Shown here: positions 37,138-50,703 of the stretch, piece after piece
How positions within the stretch are numbered: position 1 is the stretch's first letter
How the letters are laid out: each line of letters opens with the position of its first letter
Origin: Trichoplax sp. H2
Taxonomy: Eukaryota
Reading direction: 5' to 3'
Assembly: GCA_003344405.1 (NCBI GenBank)
Contig: NOWV01000219.1
Span: forward strand, 1 to 64,000
DNA: 64,000 nucleotides
Translations under genes and position numbers: made by a program
Notes under the pieces: generated by a model
Told to the model about the DNA's origin: nothing
What the model saw: only the letters and a program-made list of their open reading frames with translations
Database searches by the model: none

Positions 37138-40100
37138 TTAATCTTGCTGAATTTTTTTAAATATATTATATCGCTGTTCACCATCAGAGAGAATAAATGA
37201 GGACTGCTGAGGATTCCATTTTGTATGTTGCACAATAAAGTAAGGAAATGATATTTTGTGAATCAATTGAAGGGTATTCAATTCATAAATATAAATGTTA
37301 GAGTTATTGATATTAAACGTAAGAAATAAATTTTCCGATGACAGTTCCTCAAAGTTTAAAATCCGAGAATCAAATTCAAGATTTATGGCACGATTCTTGC
37401 AGCTTTTCCTTAAAATTCTATAATTCTGATCAAATACCTAGCATCGCATTAAATGAATAATTTATAACAGTTTAAACAGTCTTTTGAGCTATTTAATGTA
37501 ATTGGTTAATAGTGTATTATTTTTACCGTTACGTGATCTCCTATTTCGAATATGAAGATGCAGAAAGAATACGGACTAGAAGAGGTGGTCTTTAATGCAG
37601 CATCCAAGAGTAGACAAAATGTCATTAGAATTTCTACATTGTCAGCATTTGAATTAAATATTTAAAAACTTTCATTAAAAGATTGGCGTTGTATGAGAAA
37701 ACTGTAACTTACAAGAAATATTTTTGCATCTTCATCTTTCCATATTTCGTGTACTAAATCTTCTTTGATTTTCAATGACGAGCATTTAATCTTAAGAGAA
37801 TCAATGCAGTATTTTCCAGGTAGATTTACTTTACATGCTAATCCTCTATCCCTATGATAATTAAATTCTTCTTTGTTCAGTATTTGTGCTTTGCTATTTC
37901 CTAGTTTATAAGACTTAAATCCAAACAAGCTGTTTAAGCAAGTTAAATTTCAAGATAGTTGAAGCGAATTGTCTTCATTGAAATACATCAGGCATTAGAA
38001 ATAAAATTAAAAATCAGATAACAGAACAGTTTAACCTCAAGCTTTTAAAATGAGTATCGGTTGTATTTCTAACTTAATTAAAGGAAATGTAAGAATATAC
38101 ATTGCTTTATTACCATAATGCAGTAATCATTCGAGTTTACTTTCTGTTGATTGGTAATAAGATAATTGTCATCAAAGTAGATAGGTCTAATTTGTGAATA
38201 TGCATATTTGTTTTCATAGATCGTCTTTGCACCATCACATAGGTTAATAGCTGCTACCAGGATGCCACAACTAACAGAGTGCTGAATAGATGATAATTTT
38301 ATATTTGATATAAAATATGCCTAAATGAGACTTTTTTAGAGCTAAGATTTGATTGCAGTCTTCTAAAGAGATAAAATTTTCCCTACCTTAACATTCATGA
38401 CAAAAATTAAAGTGTTGTCTTTTTCTCGGTATTTCGATCCGGTAACAGTTACACAAGTAACTTCTGGTTCTGTATCATATCTTAGTAGTTCTTTGCACTT
38501 TTCGCTGTCTCTCATATTCAGAATGTTAGGCTTCTGTTATTAAGTGATAAATATACAGGTAAAAAAATTCATGAAAACTTCATAGTAAATTGATCTTGTA
38601 TTGATAATTTATTACTAGATATAAATTTGTTTTGCAATGAATTATACTTCAATCAGGATTAATTATCATAAATTAGATAATAAGGTACAAGAAATTTCAC
38701 ATATTTTCATTAGCATCTGTAGATCTTATCTTTATATCATATCGAGAGGATTTATTGAACTGTTTATTGTAAGCCAGTTAGCATTCATTTCTATAAGAGT
38801 TCAATCAGGCTTACTTCTGCGATAGAAACATTCTTGTACTTCAATGAACGCTTGCAATCTTCTAAATAGGTGCGGATAACCACAGCAGACTGTAGGTTAT
38901 TGTAAGCAAAGCATCGATCATAAGGCTCGTCTAAAGAGTAACAAAATACTTTTGTTGATTGCTGGTCCTCCTTATAATTGTAAACCTGCAAATACCAATA
39001 ATCTCTATATTAGATTGACATTCTACGGATCCTGCCATCAGTTACATAAACTCATTAGCTCACTTTTAATTCACTCTTGCCGTCTTTTTGAATTAACTGA
39101 ATCATCAATGGATCATGATTTATGAATGCACAACATGTACTTAAGATTTCTTCGTCGAATTCCTGAATTATCTCTCTCTTTTCATTAAAATAAATTATTT
39201 CCTTATTTTTTATGGTTTGCCAACGTAGATTATTAGCTAATAATGCAGATATACAGCCGAGATAAGCAATTAATAATCGAAGTAAAAACAGTGCATGCTT
39301 TTAAGAAACATTAAAAAGTGTTACCTTTTAAATTATACTCATATATACAATATTCAAGATCATAATCATAAATAATTAAGCGGCTACTGTCAGGAATGTA
39401 TTTTGTAAGTTTGTTTCCATTTGAAGGCTTTAACATTAAATAAGACTGGGGCTGTCCTGATAACATCCTGATTACAAGTTTCGATGCCTATAATAGGTAT
39501 AGATATCATCACGCAAATTAGCCATTTGAGCAAATAAAATAAATAAATAATGCTAAAAATAAAATAAAAATAAAAATAAGTCATTTTAATCAAAAGATGA
39601 TGTTAGCGTATCGATGTAAAATGTCAAAAATTAATTAACTTACTTTAGTATCATTGCGATCATCAATATCGATAGTAATAAACTGCTGATCATCAGATAT
39701 AGAAATATCGTTAACTGGCATGGATTTTTTAAAAATTGGCTGAAAGCTGTTCATAAAATCTTCGATTAAATTTACAGTCTCGACACCATTATCTGGTACT
39801 TTGATCAGACCAATAATTTTGCTATATCCGAGAATTAAGACTGTGCAATCGCTATCGATATAATTGACATTATGCAATGCACCGGCGTTATTAACATATC
39901 CGGAAGGTTTAAACAAGTTCTGTTGTTGTCTAACGATGTAGCTAGGAACTTCCATGGAACGCAATCTATGCCAAGTTTCAAAATTCCAAATCTTAAGGTA
40001 TTATAGTCATAAAAGAAAATAAAGCTGCAGAGTAGAACATAAAATAGGTTTATATCGGAGCTTGAATATGGCCGCTTACCTGTATTTGGCATTCAAGAAT

Positions 40101-41451
40101 AGTATTTAATTTTTCTGGTCTACCCATACAATCTACATAGTATTTTCTTCCCCATAATAGTATTTTACTTCCGTTTTGCATCCAGCGATAGGACTCTACT
40201 TTAAATGCAAAGGATATCTCCTTGCCAGTACATTGTATATGATTATCTTGAATTTTCCAAAGCTATTTTTCCAATATCATAGAATTAGTCAAAGTAAAAC
40301 TACTACTATAACTTAAAGTGCTATTAAAAATTAAGTCATTTAATGCCTACCTTAATGTCTTTGTTTATATAGCATAGGCTAATAAAGTTACAGCTATTTA
40401 AGACATTAGGACAGAATTCCATGCTTTTAAAAGTTACATGATTCATTCTTTTTTTTCTTTTGTCCACAAAATATAATTCTTTCTTAAAATTAAGGTTATA
40501 AATCATCCATCTTTTGTTCTATAGATTGAAGAAATACTGGGTATTACAACTTCATGTATATACAGCATATGGGAAAGATCTATCTCGAGTGGTATAAATT
40601 TACTACTGCAGAATTAAGAACAGATTTTAACTAATTTTTATTTCTAATTCTATGAATCGACGAATTATTTTCAACTACAAGTAAATTTCATGCATAGAAT
40701 ATGATTACCTATAGGATGTAATGGAGTAATGCGTCAATAACTAATTAATGTCCGGTTCACTTTTGATGATTTATTGAAAATAGTGCAAATTATCTCATCT
40801 TTATTTACGTAAATGAAATTTAATTTTGCTTGTGAAAGGCTTTGCTATATTTGCAATATCACAAAAATGACAAAAAAGAAAAGCACATACTGCTCGGAAA
40901 GATGCCGGATAATTGGTATAGTATTCTACGGCTATAAGGCCACCATCTGCTGAGATTTTTACATTTCGAACCCATTGGAATGGAGGAGACAATTGATGGA
41001 TAATGTGTAGCGTTTGATAGTCCATGATCTATTGAATGTTACATGCCTTCTTGAATTGTTTTACGGTAGCAATAATGTAAAGTATATACTGCTCATTTCT
41101 TACCTCGAGTTTACAATTCTGTTTCTGGTTATTGGCAATATTAATTATTCTTAAATTTCCAGATTGTGGATTAGAAAGAGATATATGCTTATTAGGAACT
41201 TTCCTATCCATTCGCTTCGTTGCTATCCATCTGTTTTCGATTCTGTTTTCTTCCATGGAACATCTAAAGACAGTCATTTATTGAATTAAAAAGTTTTTGT
41301 ATAGAATTTAGATAAGCCGCAAGCTTGCTTTGCTACACGTAAATAAACTTGCATAATTATAATTCAATATATATTGTATCGATTAATCTTACGTATGGAT
41401 CCCCCAATCTTCAATGCAGAGATGTTTGATGTTTTCATTAGTTATTGCCAT
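37138..41451 (-). CDS. Uncharacterised ~810-aa divergent WD40-like (probably double) beta-propeller protein, ~14 exons
   Basis: Phase-consistent exon chain from MAITNENIKHLCIEDWGIH to ...RYNIFKKIQQD*. Blade-like segments: KLEIMDYQTL, VRNVKISADGGLIAVE, DIKLWKIQD, QIQIWNFET, VNDISISDDQQFITI, IYIYELNTL, TKWNPQQSSFIL. The fold is inferred; the family is not recognised. Confidence 0.7.
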
Positions 41452-43142
41452 CTTCTACTTGCCTGCTAATGACTTTGGCGTACCAGAAAAATTTGTTAAT
41501 GCAAAAGGTACGTCAGAATCTAAAATTAATGGTAAAAATTATACTGCAGCAAGACCATAATGTTCACTAACGGAACTTTAACATTATTAAATTGTTTCCT
41601 ATATCTCATAATTTCATATAGGTGCATCACTTAATCATGTTATTATAGGTACATCACAAAATACTCGCGTCTATCATTTACTCTCTTAATTTCCATCAAG
41701 AACAGATTTATAGAAGAAACAATTATCGAAGATTTAAATCCAACATTCATTTTCTTAGCTAGAATCGTTATGCTACTGGTAAATTTCCATATGAGCCTAA
41801 GCCAGCTAGCTCTTTCAATTCATTAAATTTCACATAATGGCCATATGAATGTAGTAAATTGTAGCAAATGCTACTATATTGGTAACAATAAGAATATGTT
41901 TGACTGTATCATATAGGTCAATAGTAAAGATCGTGCTTGCATTAAAGCTTTCGATGGTAAAGGTAAAATAAGACTTACCTGCTTGATTGTAGACAGTCGA
42001 ATGAAATGGTGATAAGGCGCTAAACTGGTGTATATTAACAAATTTTACGTGCTTGCCTGTCTTTGCAATACAGTGTGCACAAAATGAGGTTAAGTGTACA
42101 GTTTGCGTTACTTTTCTACCTATTGCTGTAGTTTTATACTTATTAGAAAAATGAAAATCAATTTCGCTCAAGCTTCAATTAGCTTTTCCATTGATCCATG
42201 ACTACGGTTATATATTGCCGTAATATATGTTTATACTATTTTTGCTAAGTTGTAGATATAATTTAATTTAATGACCTTTTGGGGGGGGGGAGTATTATGC
42301 TACAGGACAATACAATTATTTTCTTTAGGCATGTTTACTAAACAACATGGCTCTGGTCGGAAGCAATTTGATGGACTCCTCCGTCACGATTTTAAAATAC
42401 AACAGGCAAGTAAGACGATTGGCTAGATACTACTTTTAATATTGTGTTTTTCTAATATGTTACTAATTGTAATTAGCAATCATTTTGTAAATGTTTACAA
42501 ATAAATTCGGTCATCATTGAATGCATGATTAACTAGCATAAAAGTCATTACGCCTACAGCTGTTCTATATAGTATGCCTCTATCGTACTAGGTATCTTCC
42601 GGTAAGTTATGTTAACATGAACCCATTTGTATGGTAGTCTAAGCTATCAGTACTTAAAAGTAGAACTAATGCCGGAATCATTAATTATTAAACTTATTTC
42701 GACTCTATTCGAAGATGTTTATTTTTTCCTATTGAATTTGCAAGCTAAACCTTCATATTTTTTAGGCATAATTGATGAGTATTATTCTATACAAAAACGA
42801 ATTATAATATCCTGAAGCTTAATTATCTAATTGTTTAGGCCTCTATTCTAATAATAATCATCTGATGCTTAGTGTATCTATATTGTTAATCTAATTTTTA
42901 ATTTCTACATCATGCGATATCATTTCGGGTATTCTTCAGATGAAATTCAAATTTATCGCACAGGCTGAATTATTTCGATATCTAGTAATGCATACCTTTG
43001 ATATACACAATCTTCATATCGATATAAATATATGCGTTTAAGTATTCTTGGACTATGGATTTGATTTACTGAGGACTGATAGCGGTTAATAGGGTAAATG
43101 GCTTACTGCTACTCTACGGTAGAAAAAAAGTGTTTACAGATT

Positions 43143-43187
43143 GAATCAGCGAAGCCGCAATCAGCGGCTTCGATTCTGACATGCTAG
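43143..43187 (+). mobile_element. Helitron-like 3' terminus (GC-rich hairpin followed by CTAG|T)
   Basis: Perfect 9-bp stem CGAAGCCGC-AATCA-GCGGCTTCG (43150-43172), then 11 nt, then CTAG (43184-43187) and T. No 5' end or second copy was identified. Confidence 0.35.
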
Positions 43188-44656
43188 TTACTAATGACGA
43201 GCATCCGTTGAGGTCAATTTCGTATCGTTATTCGCAAGATTTAGTACTTCAAATTGTCATTTTATCATATATGCTAATGGAAAAATCAATAAACTACCGA
43301 ATCTGTAATAATAAGTACTCTGCATATGACCTGCTGTCAATATAGCTATCAAAACTGATATATTGTTTTCAATTCAATACTTCTCGCATTAAGTGACGAA
43401 CATAGCGTTGTAATACCAGGCTATTCTCTTACTATTTGTCAGTTACATTCGAGAATTGTTACGCGATAAAGTTTGAAAATATAACTAATAAACATAATGT
43501 CTACGAGCCTACTGTCCAGTTAGTCCTCTCCGACCACATACAGTACGACCCTAAATACTGATGATCTCCGGTTGTTCTTCTTGGTTAAAAAAACTGCATA
43601 TTTATAGTAAATCTATACATAATCATTAATTATATTCAATTATCGGTCATAGATAATACTGTTAAAACTAGGAAGTTATCTATAAAAGTACGAAAAAATT
43701 CATTGATAACGATGTAATCAACAAATAACAAAGACTGTTATTTAGCCAAAATAAGATAACCATGAGTAGATGAAAATCACTCCCTGACAGTATCACAACG
43801 AGTTTTAGTAGAAAATAGATTGCTTCCTCCTAAGTACACAAGCTGTTAAGGTAGTTTAAATTTCAATCAAAGTATGACCATTTTAGAAGCATTTCGAGCA
43901 GAGTATAAAATTGTAGGTATATTGCCTTAACGTTTGTTTGCTTCGTGTGCTGGATTTAATTCTTTCATGCTAGATTGCGAAGGGTTATTGTTAACTAATG
44001 AGGTACACTGCTAATATGTATACGCAAAAAACAGTTATTTAAAGCATAAAAAGGTCAAACTTGTATTCAATGTAAGTGAAAATGGACGAGTTTAAAAAAA
44101 ATTATAGTGCGTTTGTCACTGTGAAGGCACAATATATAGTTTAACAATCCATTATAACAGATCTAATATTAGGTTGGTTGCATTCTAATTTCTACTCAAA
44201 TCAAAGGATTATCCCGGATACTTTGGTTTGTGATACAGAATTTTTTTAAGCTATTTTTGCTAGCAAAAATTATGAGTTATTACTGTCTCTCAGTCTCTAA
44301 CCATAAGCGTACGAGTACTACAACGATATGTATAATTGTTCTGATAATTTATCACTTTTATTGACAAACGCTTGAATTTTGTAAAATTGTTTCCCTTTTT
44401 GTTAGGTTATAACTCTTTCAATATATAATTTTCCACAAGATTCCAAAGCACAAATCATTGTAAATTGCCGTTAACAAAATAGTATTTATGCCGTCTATTT
44501 CTTTTACAGTTATTAGGTTTTACGGTAGTTACCTCTATCAAAGACTAATTTATTCATATAAAGAATGAAAAAACACATTATATATTGGTTTCAAGTTAGC
44601 TTCGATCATTAGTTTCATAATTCATTTTATAAATAGTTAGGACTTCAGATACAATT

Positions 44657-47097
44657 TTAAATACGCCTTTTTTTACGTGAAACTGAATTGATATTACTAT
44701 CAGTAGATCTCGCTAGAGTTCGGAAAGCATCCGTGATTAAATGAGAATGATTCTTAAGCAGATTTTTGTAACCTTCAGTCTCGACTATTTCCAAGGCGTA
44801 GCTACATTAGAATAGAAAAATAATACTCTAAGCTATCATGATTTTTTTATTATAAATTGAAATTGAGAAGAAATTAAGAGGTAAATTACCTATTAATAAA
44901 TTTTAATATATTTTTCTTCAGTATTTCTGCATTATGCATGTCAGCAATGACCAGTACTTCGGCAGCATTATCAACAATTAAGTTATTTGAAATAGAGTTT
45001 TCACATAGTGATTTCAGCCTTTGTAGGTCATACTTTAAAGTAGTCACCAAAAACAATATAAAAATTGTTTATAAATACGAATAATTTTGAACATGCTGCA
45101 TTTTATAGCTATAATGATTACTTTATCTGCTGCTGCTAGCATTTCCAAGGCCAAATCGTCCATGCGAGATGGCTCTTTACCAGTGTAAATATATTTGATC
45201 ATTTCTTCAAATACATCAGCTGCTATATCTGGAATATCTACTATCCCCTGAGTTAATAATTTTAAATTACAAAAATTCATTATTGTTATATTTTAGGCTT
45301 CTCTCTTGCTATATAAAATGACTAAATGTTAGTCATCACCATTACAACGTGCCTGATGCTGCTCCTCCATGGAATGTTTAAACATGGCATCAAATACTGC
45401 CGATCTAGCTATTGTAAATGATAAGCCATTGAATAGATCATTTTTTCATATTATTACCACCAATCATGTTGGAAATAATGAGTAAATCTCAATAAAGATG
45501 ATTCGCATATATTTGCAAATTCTATGCCTAACTATGTTCTCTATAGTATTTAGCTAAAAGATTTAAATTTTCAGATTATACTACTCTCAATTAACTACGT
45601 AAATAGCGAGATGATAATGCTGTAAATTTATGGCGACATCTCGGTCAAAGGTTGGGTATTTTACCTGATAAGATCGCTTTATGAGCCTTTAAGTGATCCT
45701 TTCCGATGTTAAAAGTGACGTCGGCAAACTTTTTGGTTTTAAACAACTGATCCATATCTTGAGACAGTGTACAAGTAGGTACATTTGTTTCTTGCACCGT
45801 AAATCGACCATCATGAGTGATCGGATCTGAGACAATATTGATCTAGAAAGAAAAATTAGGATTAAATCATCTGAGCTATCTTCACGATGATATAAATCAA
45901 GATTAAAGGCCTACTATGTTTAAATATCAATATCCTACTAGCAACATACCTCACAGCAGAGTGTTAGACGGTTATCTGTTAAAAATCCACTCGTTTTATC
46001 CATCAGCATATCACGGCGCACAAATTTCTTAAATCCCCAATCTTTGCCTTGAATAAAACTGTAGGCACGTTGACTTTCTATTGGAAGTTTCATAAGACAA
46101 GTTTTAGGCCATAGATGATAGTTTCATACCGTAATTTAATAATAGTTCATTTTTGGTTGCTAGAAAAATATAATTGCAACATTCATTTCCCACTAGCAAC
46201 TAATACTGGTCAATGTGATTTAACGGCTATGGAAACACTATAGGCAATAACTTATTCCGAAGTTGTAAAGATTAAAACGCTTTCAGCAAAATCTAAGATT
46301 ATAAATATATCTAAAACGGCCGTATCTTGCTCGTAATAACTATTCGCCCAGCTAGCTAAAACCGAAAACTGCTGATATTAATCTGGAACTCGACAAGAAT
46401 GTAAAATTGATGATAGATTTAATAAATTGCTGCTGGATTTGAGACAAAAAATTAAAATTTGTACCCACTAAAATCTTTGTATCGCCCACGTATGCCTATG
46501 GAATTATGATAAAAATTCTTCACATATTTGAGTTTTATCGTTCATAGTAATTGTATAGCATTGAGACATTGCCCCAAACAGACTTGTCTTTTACTGATTC
46601 TGTTCGAGGAGGAATAGCTTACCCATCAATCGTTTTTCCATTTCATTAGAATCCAAGATGGAAAATTTAAATTTAGCGTTGACTTCCTTCTTATTGCAAC
46701 TAAGCAATACCAAGTAAATCGATAAGTATTCTTTACAATCTTCATCCAGTCCTCTTGGGTTGATTTTCATACACCTACAAAGCAATAGGCAGCAGCCATG
46801 ACAAGTAAAAACTTTTAACGATATTCACTTTTATCATATTGCTAGTGCAGTTGGCAGAAATTATTATACATGAATTAGAGGTTGATTTTGATAGTCTAAT
46901 TATTTTCCTTACCATTGTAACTTATCCGAGCTAGCAGTTACAAAAGTTGAACTTTTTAAGAATTCTCCCGTCTTTAGCGGACAGTAAGTAAAGTTTTCTA
47001 TTTTCCATACGTAAGTGTAGCGATCTACTTTCATTTCCGTATAACACCATTTATCGATTTTCACTTTTCCAGCCATTTGTGGAATCATAATATTCAT
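44657..47097 (-). CDS. SPOP: Speckle-type POZ protein (MATH-BTB-BACK Cullin-3 adaptor), 8 coding exons
   Basis: [93 protein letters not shown]; basic C-terminal NLS SRKKRRI*. Probable 5' UTR exons near 48721 and 49205. Confidence 0.95.
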
Positions 47098-50000
47098 TTT
47101 ATTAGTAGAAAGGCGCAATTTAGAAGGTGCCTATGACGAAACCAAATTGTTTTAGCTCTTTACAACACCAGAAGCAATACATGGATAAAATGTAAATTTA
47201 AAAGTAGCAGAAAAGTTACTATTTGTTATCAGGAACAAATTCGGTAATGAATCAAATCTAGTCGTGATAAAATGGCAGTGTACGAATTGCAGCAGCAATT
47301 GCATTCGATCTAATCAATTGGTGCAATGATTTGCATACATGCAATTGCAAGTACTGCAATAAAAATATATAATAAAGCGTTTAAATTGTAATAAAATACT
47401 GAATTCAAGGCTTGGATACGACTCTTGAAGATTATAATCCTAGGGGAGATAGTTTTATGATACTGTATATCAAAGACCCTACGACTATAAACAAAGTTGG
47501 AATTTTACAGTAAGTCTCCCTAGGTGTAGCAATACGGATAGCAATATGGCTGCTGTCTACTACAGTTAAAATTGCAATTTAAAAGCAGAAAGTTGACATT
47601 TAAGGCTATAAATCATAATATTAATTAAGTCAATTTGCGTAACTTGCATAAATTAGGATGTCATTAGTTTATGCCTATTAAAACCGTAACGAGAGATCGT
47701 CTTGTTTAACTGAGGTAGGATTTGCATAGTTAGTTAAACTCTTCTGATTTTATAATATATCATAGCACTGCTGATAAGCTACGTTGAAATGATAAAATTT
47801 CGGATGAAAATCACGGCTATTGATAGTTCTCTATATACGTGATCCCCATGAAAGTAAGGTTAGTAATATTAAGTAAAGCAGTATAGAAATGATAAAGGTT
47901 TTAAGAGTCTAGGCCAACAGTAATGATAATTAACGTTCAATTTTAATAAATTAATTATATCCTTTTAGCGTCTAATTATTCCATGATGATACTGTTCTGG
48001 ATGAAGAACAGTTGTCATGAATAGGTAGACTAAGTGGCTACATTCTATTTATGATATAAATTATACAGTAGCACAGCATTTATTTTACACTCCAACAGCA
48101 GAATTAAGAATTCTTTTTGCTAGAGTATTGAAGGAAATGAAACATTTTACGAAATAGTCGTACACGTATCCTTCGATATCTGTTTCAGTGCTACGCATAG
48201 TTCCCTTTCAAATTCTTCTCAAATTTAAGTAAGAAGAAGTCTCAAAGATAAAACAAAGATTAAAGCACAATAGTTTTTAAGGCACTGTTATAATACTTAG
48301 ATTTTTGAAACTATCTAGTAACGGACTCTTTTTAATCGACTGCAGACGGAAATCTTTAAGTGTAACAAGAGAAAGTAAGTATCCTCTGCAGCCTTAAATG
48401 GATGACATGATGATAGTGCTGATTTTCTCTCATAAATCAATCGTCCATCTCCTAATCTGTTCTCTATCTATCATTTCAATAACTTCATGATCAGCAATAA
48501 AAACAATGTGAGATATTGATAGCCTTTGTTAATTCCATTTTGAATGAACTTCTACGACTGCTGTAGCAGTATATTTATTCATGATACGATACTAGTACAA
48601 AAATCTTCACAAAATTGATATCAAATCCGTTGCACAAGGTGAAAACAACGGAAATTTAAATTAATTACCCTATATTCGATGGAAGAATGTCGCTTTTTAA
48701 TTAATTTAATATTTACTTACCTCTATCTTGCAATTTGGAATTTGTGAATCAAGATCTTCACTCTGCCAGTGAAATCTTTCAAATCTGACGATTAGTCATT
48801 ACAGAATACATGCTTTAATGGCATATTTACTAAGCAAAAAGTGGCACAAGTTATCATCAAAGGTAGGCCCTAGCTAACGCCTAACTTGTCTTACGATTGT
48901 ACAGAAGCCGTCGCCAACAAAAATATATTACTTATTAGGTCAATGGCACGTTCTTTGCCACAATCAAGAGCTATTTATGGTATATCGCATAACGACAGTC
49001 TAGAATAGCAACTAACAATCCAATTAGATAATTAAAAGTATTCGGCTATAGCCATGGTCTATATTTAGTCATTAAATGCCAAGCAGCTAGAAAAGATGGC
49101 AAATTTAGTCAGGAAAATGGGTATGAAAAATTGGCTGAAAGCAGTCTTTTCGTTGTATGAGGTCAAAATTAATAACTAGTAGAGCGGCCCGAGTAAAAAC
49201 TTACCAAATGACATTCGTAATCATCCGTAGAGAGACCGTTAGCTTGATAAAATTACGAACTGATACTACTAATAATCTTTAATAATATAATAATTAATCT
49301 TAAATGTGCAGAATTTATCTGCAATTGCTTAATTGTATGCACGAAATGGTTATAATCAAGTCGTAATTTTAACTTTAATATTGCCACAAATTACCCCATA
49401 GGCTCTTTTTCCGATCCAAGTTAGGATAAATTCCCCCCTACTGTACTGCCAACGTATTTTTTATGTAATATTATAACTAAAAAAATGTAAGCATGTTCTT
49501 TTCATCATAAGAGCCGACCATTTATTTTTCGCATGTGAGATTGTTTTAAAATTCTTCTTATCTATGCAGATTAAGATTAGATATTGATACCATCATTTAA
49601 GATATTCACTTAGTAAATTTCTATCGGTAATATCATAAGAATGAAACATCATCTACCATCAGTCCCATGAATGTTTGGCCACTCTACCGAGATTAAAAGT
49701 TAATTTTCAGGGCCAGTTCAGGTAAACTTTTGATATTACTTTTTCCATAAATAGCTTAAATTATGAGTAGCGCCGTTTATTGAAAGTAACGATGAGAAGA
49801 TGACATTTGGCAGGAGATGTGAATAAATAATTTTAGTCAGCTTAGAACTATCAAATATGGCTAATATGTCATCTCTACCTTCAACAGGATTGTTACATTT
49901 GAATTAAGTGGAATCTTAAATTGATATCACTTACCGAATTTATAGTTGAATACCAAATATAGGTGATTAATGTGACTACATGATCCATACTCAGATTCTT

Positions 50001-50180
50001 TTCTGCTTTATTTTTAACTTTACCATACTAGTTAAGAATGCATAAAATCGAGAAATGATGAAAGCAAACTTCTGTAGATTTCATCGATAGCATTTAAGAT
50101 GCATAATTTAACAATCGGTTAATGCTGCCATGGAAAGCACGTTATGCTCCCTTAAATAACCCATAGGGTTTCAGTTTTAG

Positions 50181-50703
50181 AATCTTGTCACCGTAGCGCT
50201 AGGCTCAGGCTTTAACTTTAGCATAATAATTAAGAATGCAATAAAATCGAGAAAGATCCCTTTGTGTTGGTAAGTACTAAAATTCTATACATTATATTAG
50301 CAATTTAATAGCAGTATCGAATAATTACTACAATAATAATTGAAGCACAGTAAACGCAAATAAAGCCAAGATTTTGGAGAATATTACTGTTTAGAATATA
50401 GTAAATGTGTGCCAATAATCTCGTGATCTAATGAATAAAGTATTAAGATGACTGAGATCAAGGATGATTAGAGAATTGGGCTAGTAAGTTTAAATTACTT
50501 CACTTACAGATTATTATGGTAGAATATATGTAAAACTGCTCAATGTTTCTAAGCTTGTTTTATATCTGTTTATTTCCCGTTGATAAAAAATACAACAAGC
50601 TGAATATATAATACATTACAGAATCTTTATGCCATGGCCTACCTGTAGACCTAGTGCTGAGGATTTGTCTTTGATATTGTTGAACTTATATAAAAATTTA
50701 TAA
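50181..50703 (+). pseudogene. Possible decayed protein-kinase C-lobe remnant
   Basis: Exon-like 50622-50703 reads IFMPWPTCRPSAEDLSLILLNLYKNL* (subdomain XI-like). 50181-50269 reads ...FNFSIIIKNAIKSRKIPL (weakly subdomain IX-like). Intervening exon-like pieces contain stops. Confidence 0.3.

Noticed and set aside
40080..41451. Resemblance of the propeller gene to the clathrin heavy chain N-terminal domain
   Set aside because: Only generic blade similarity; no clathrin repeats follow and clathrin would be far more conserved.
41830..42171. 113-aa ORF upstream of the propeller gene
   Set aside because: Non-ATG start, crosses a splice donor at ~41978 and likely overlaps a 5' UTR exon; an in-frame stop precedes the gene's ATG.
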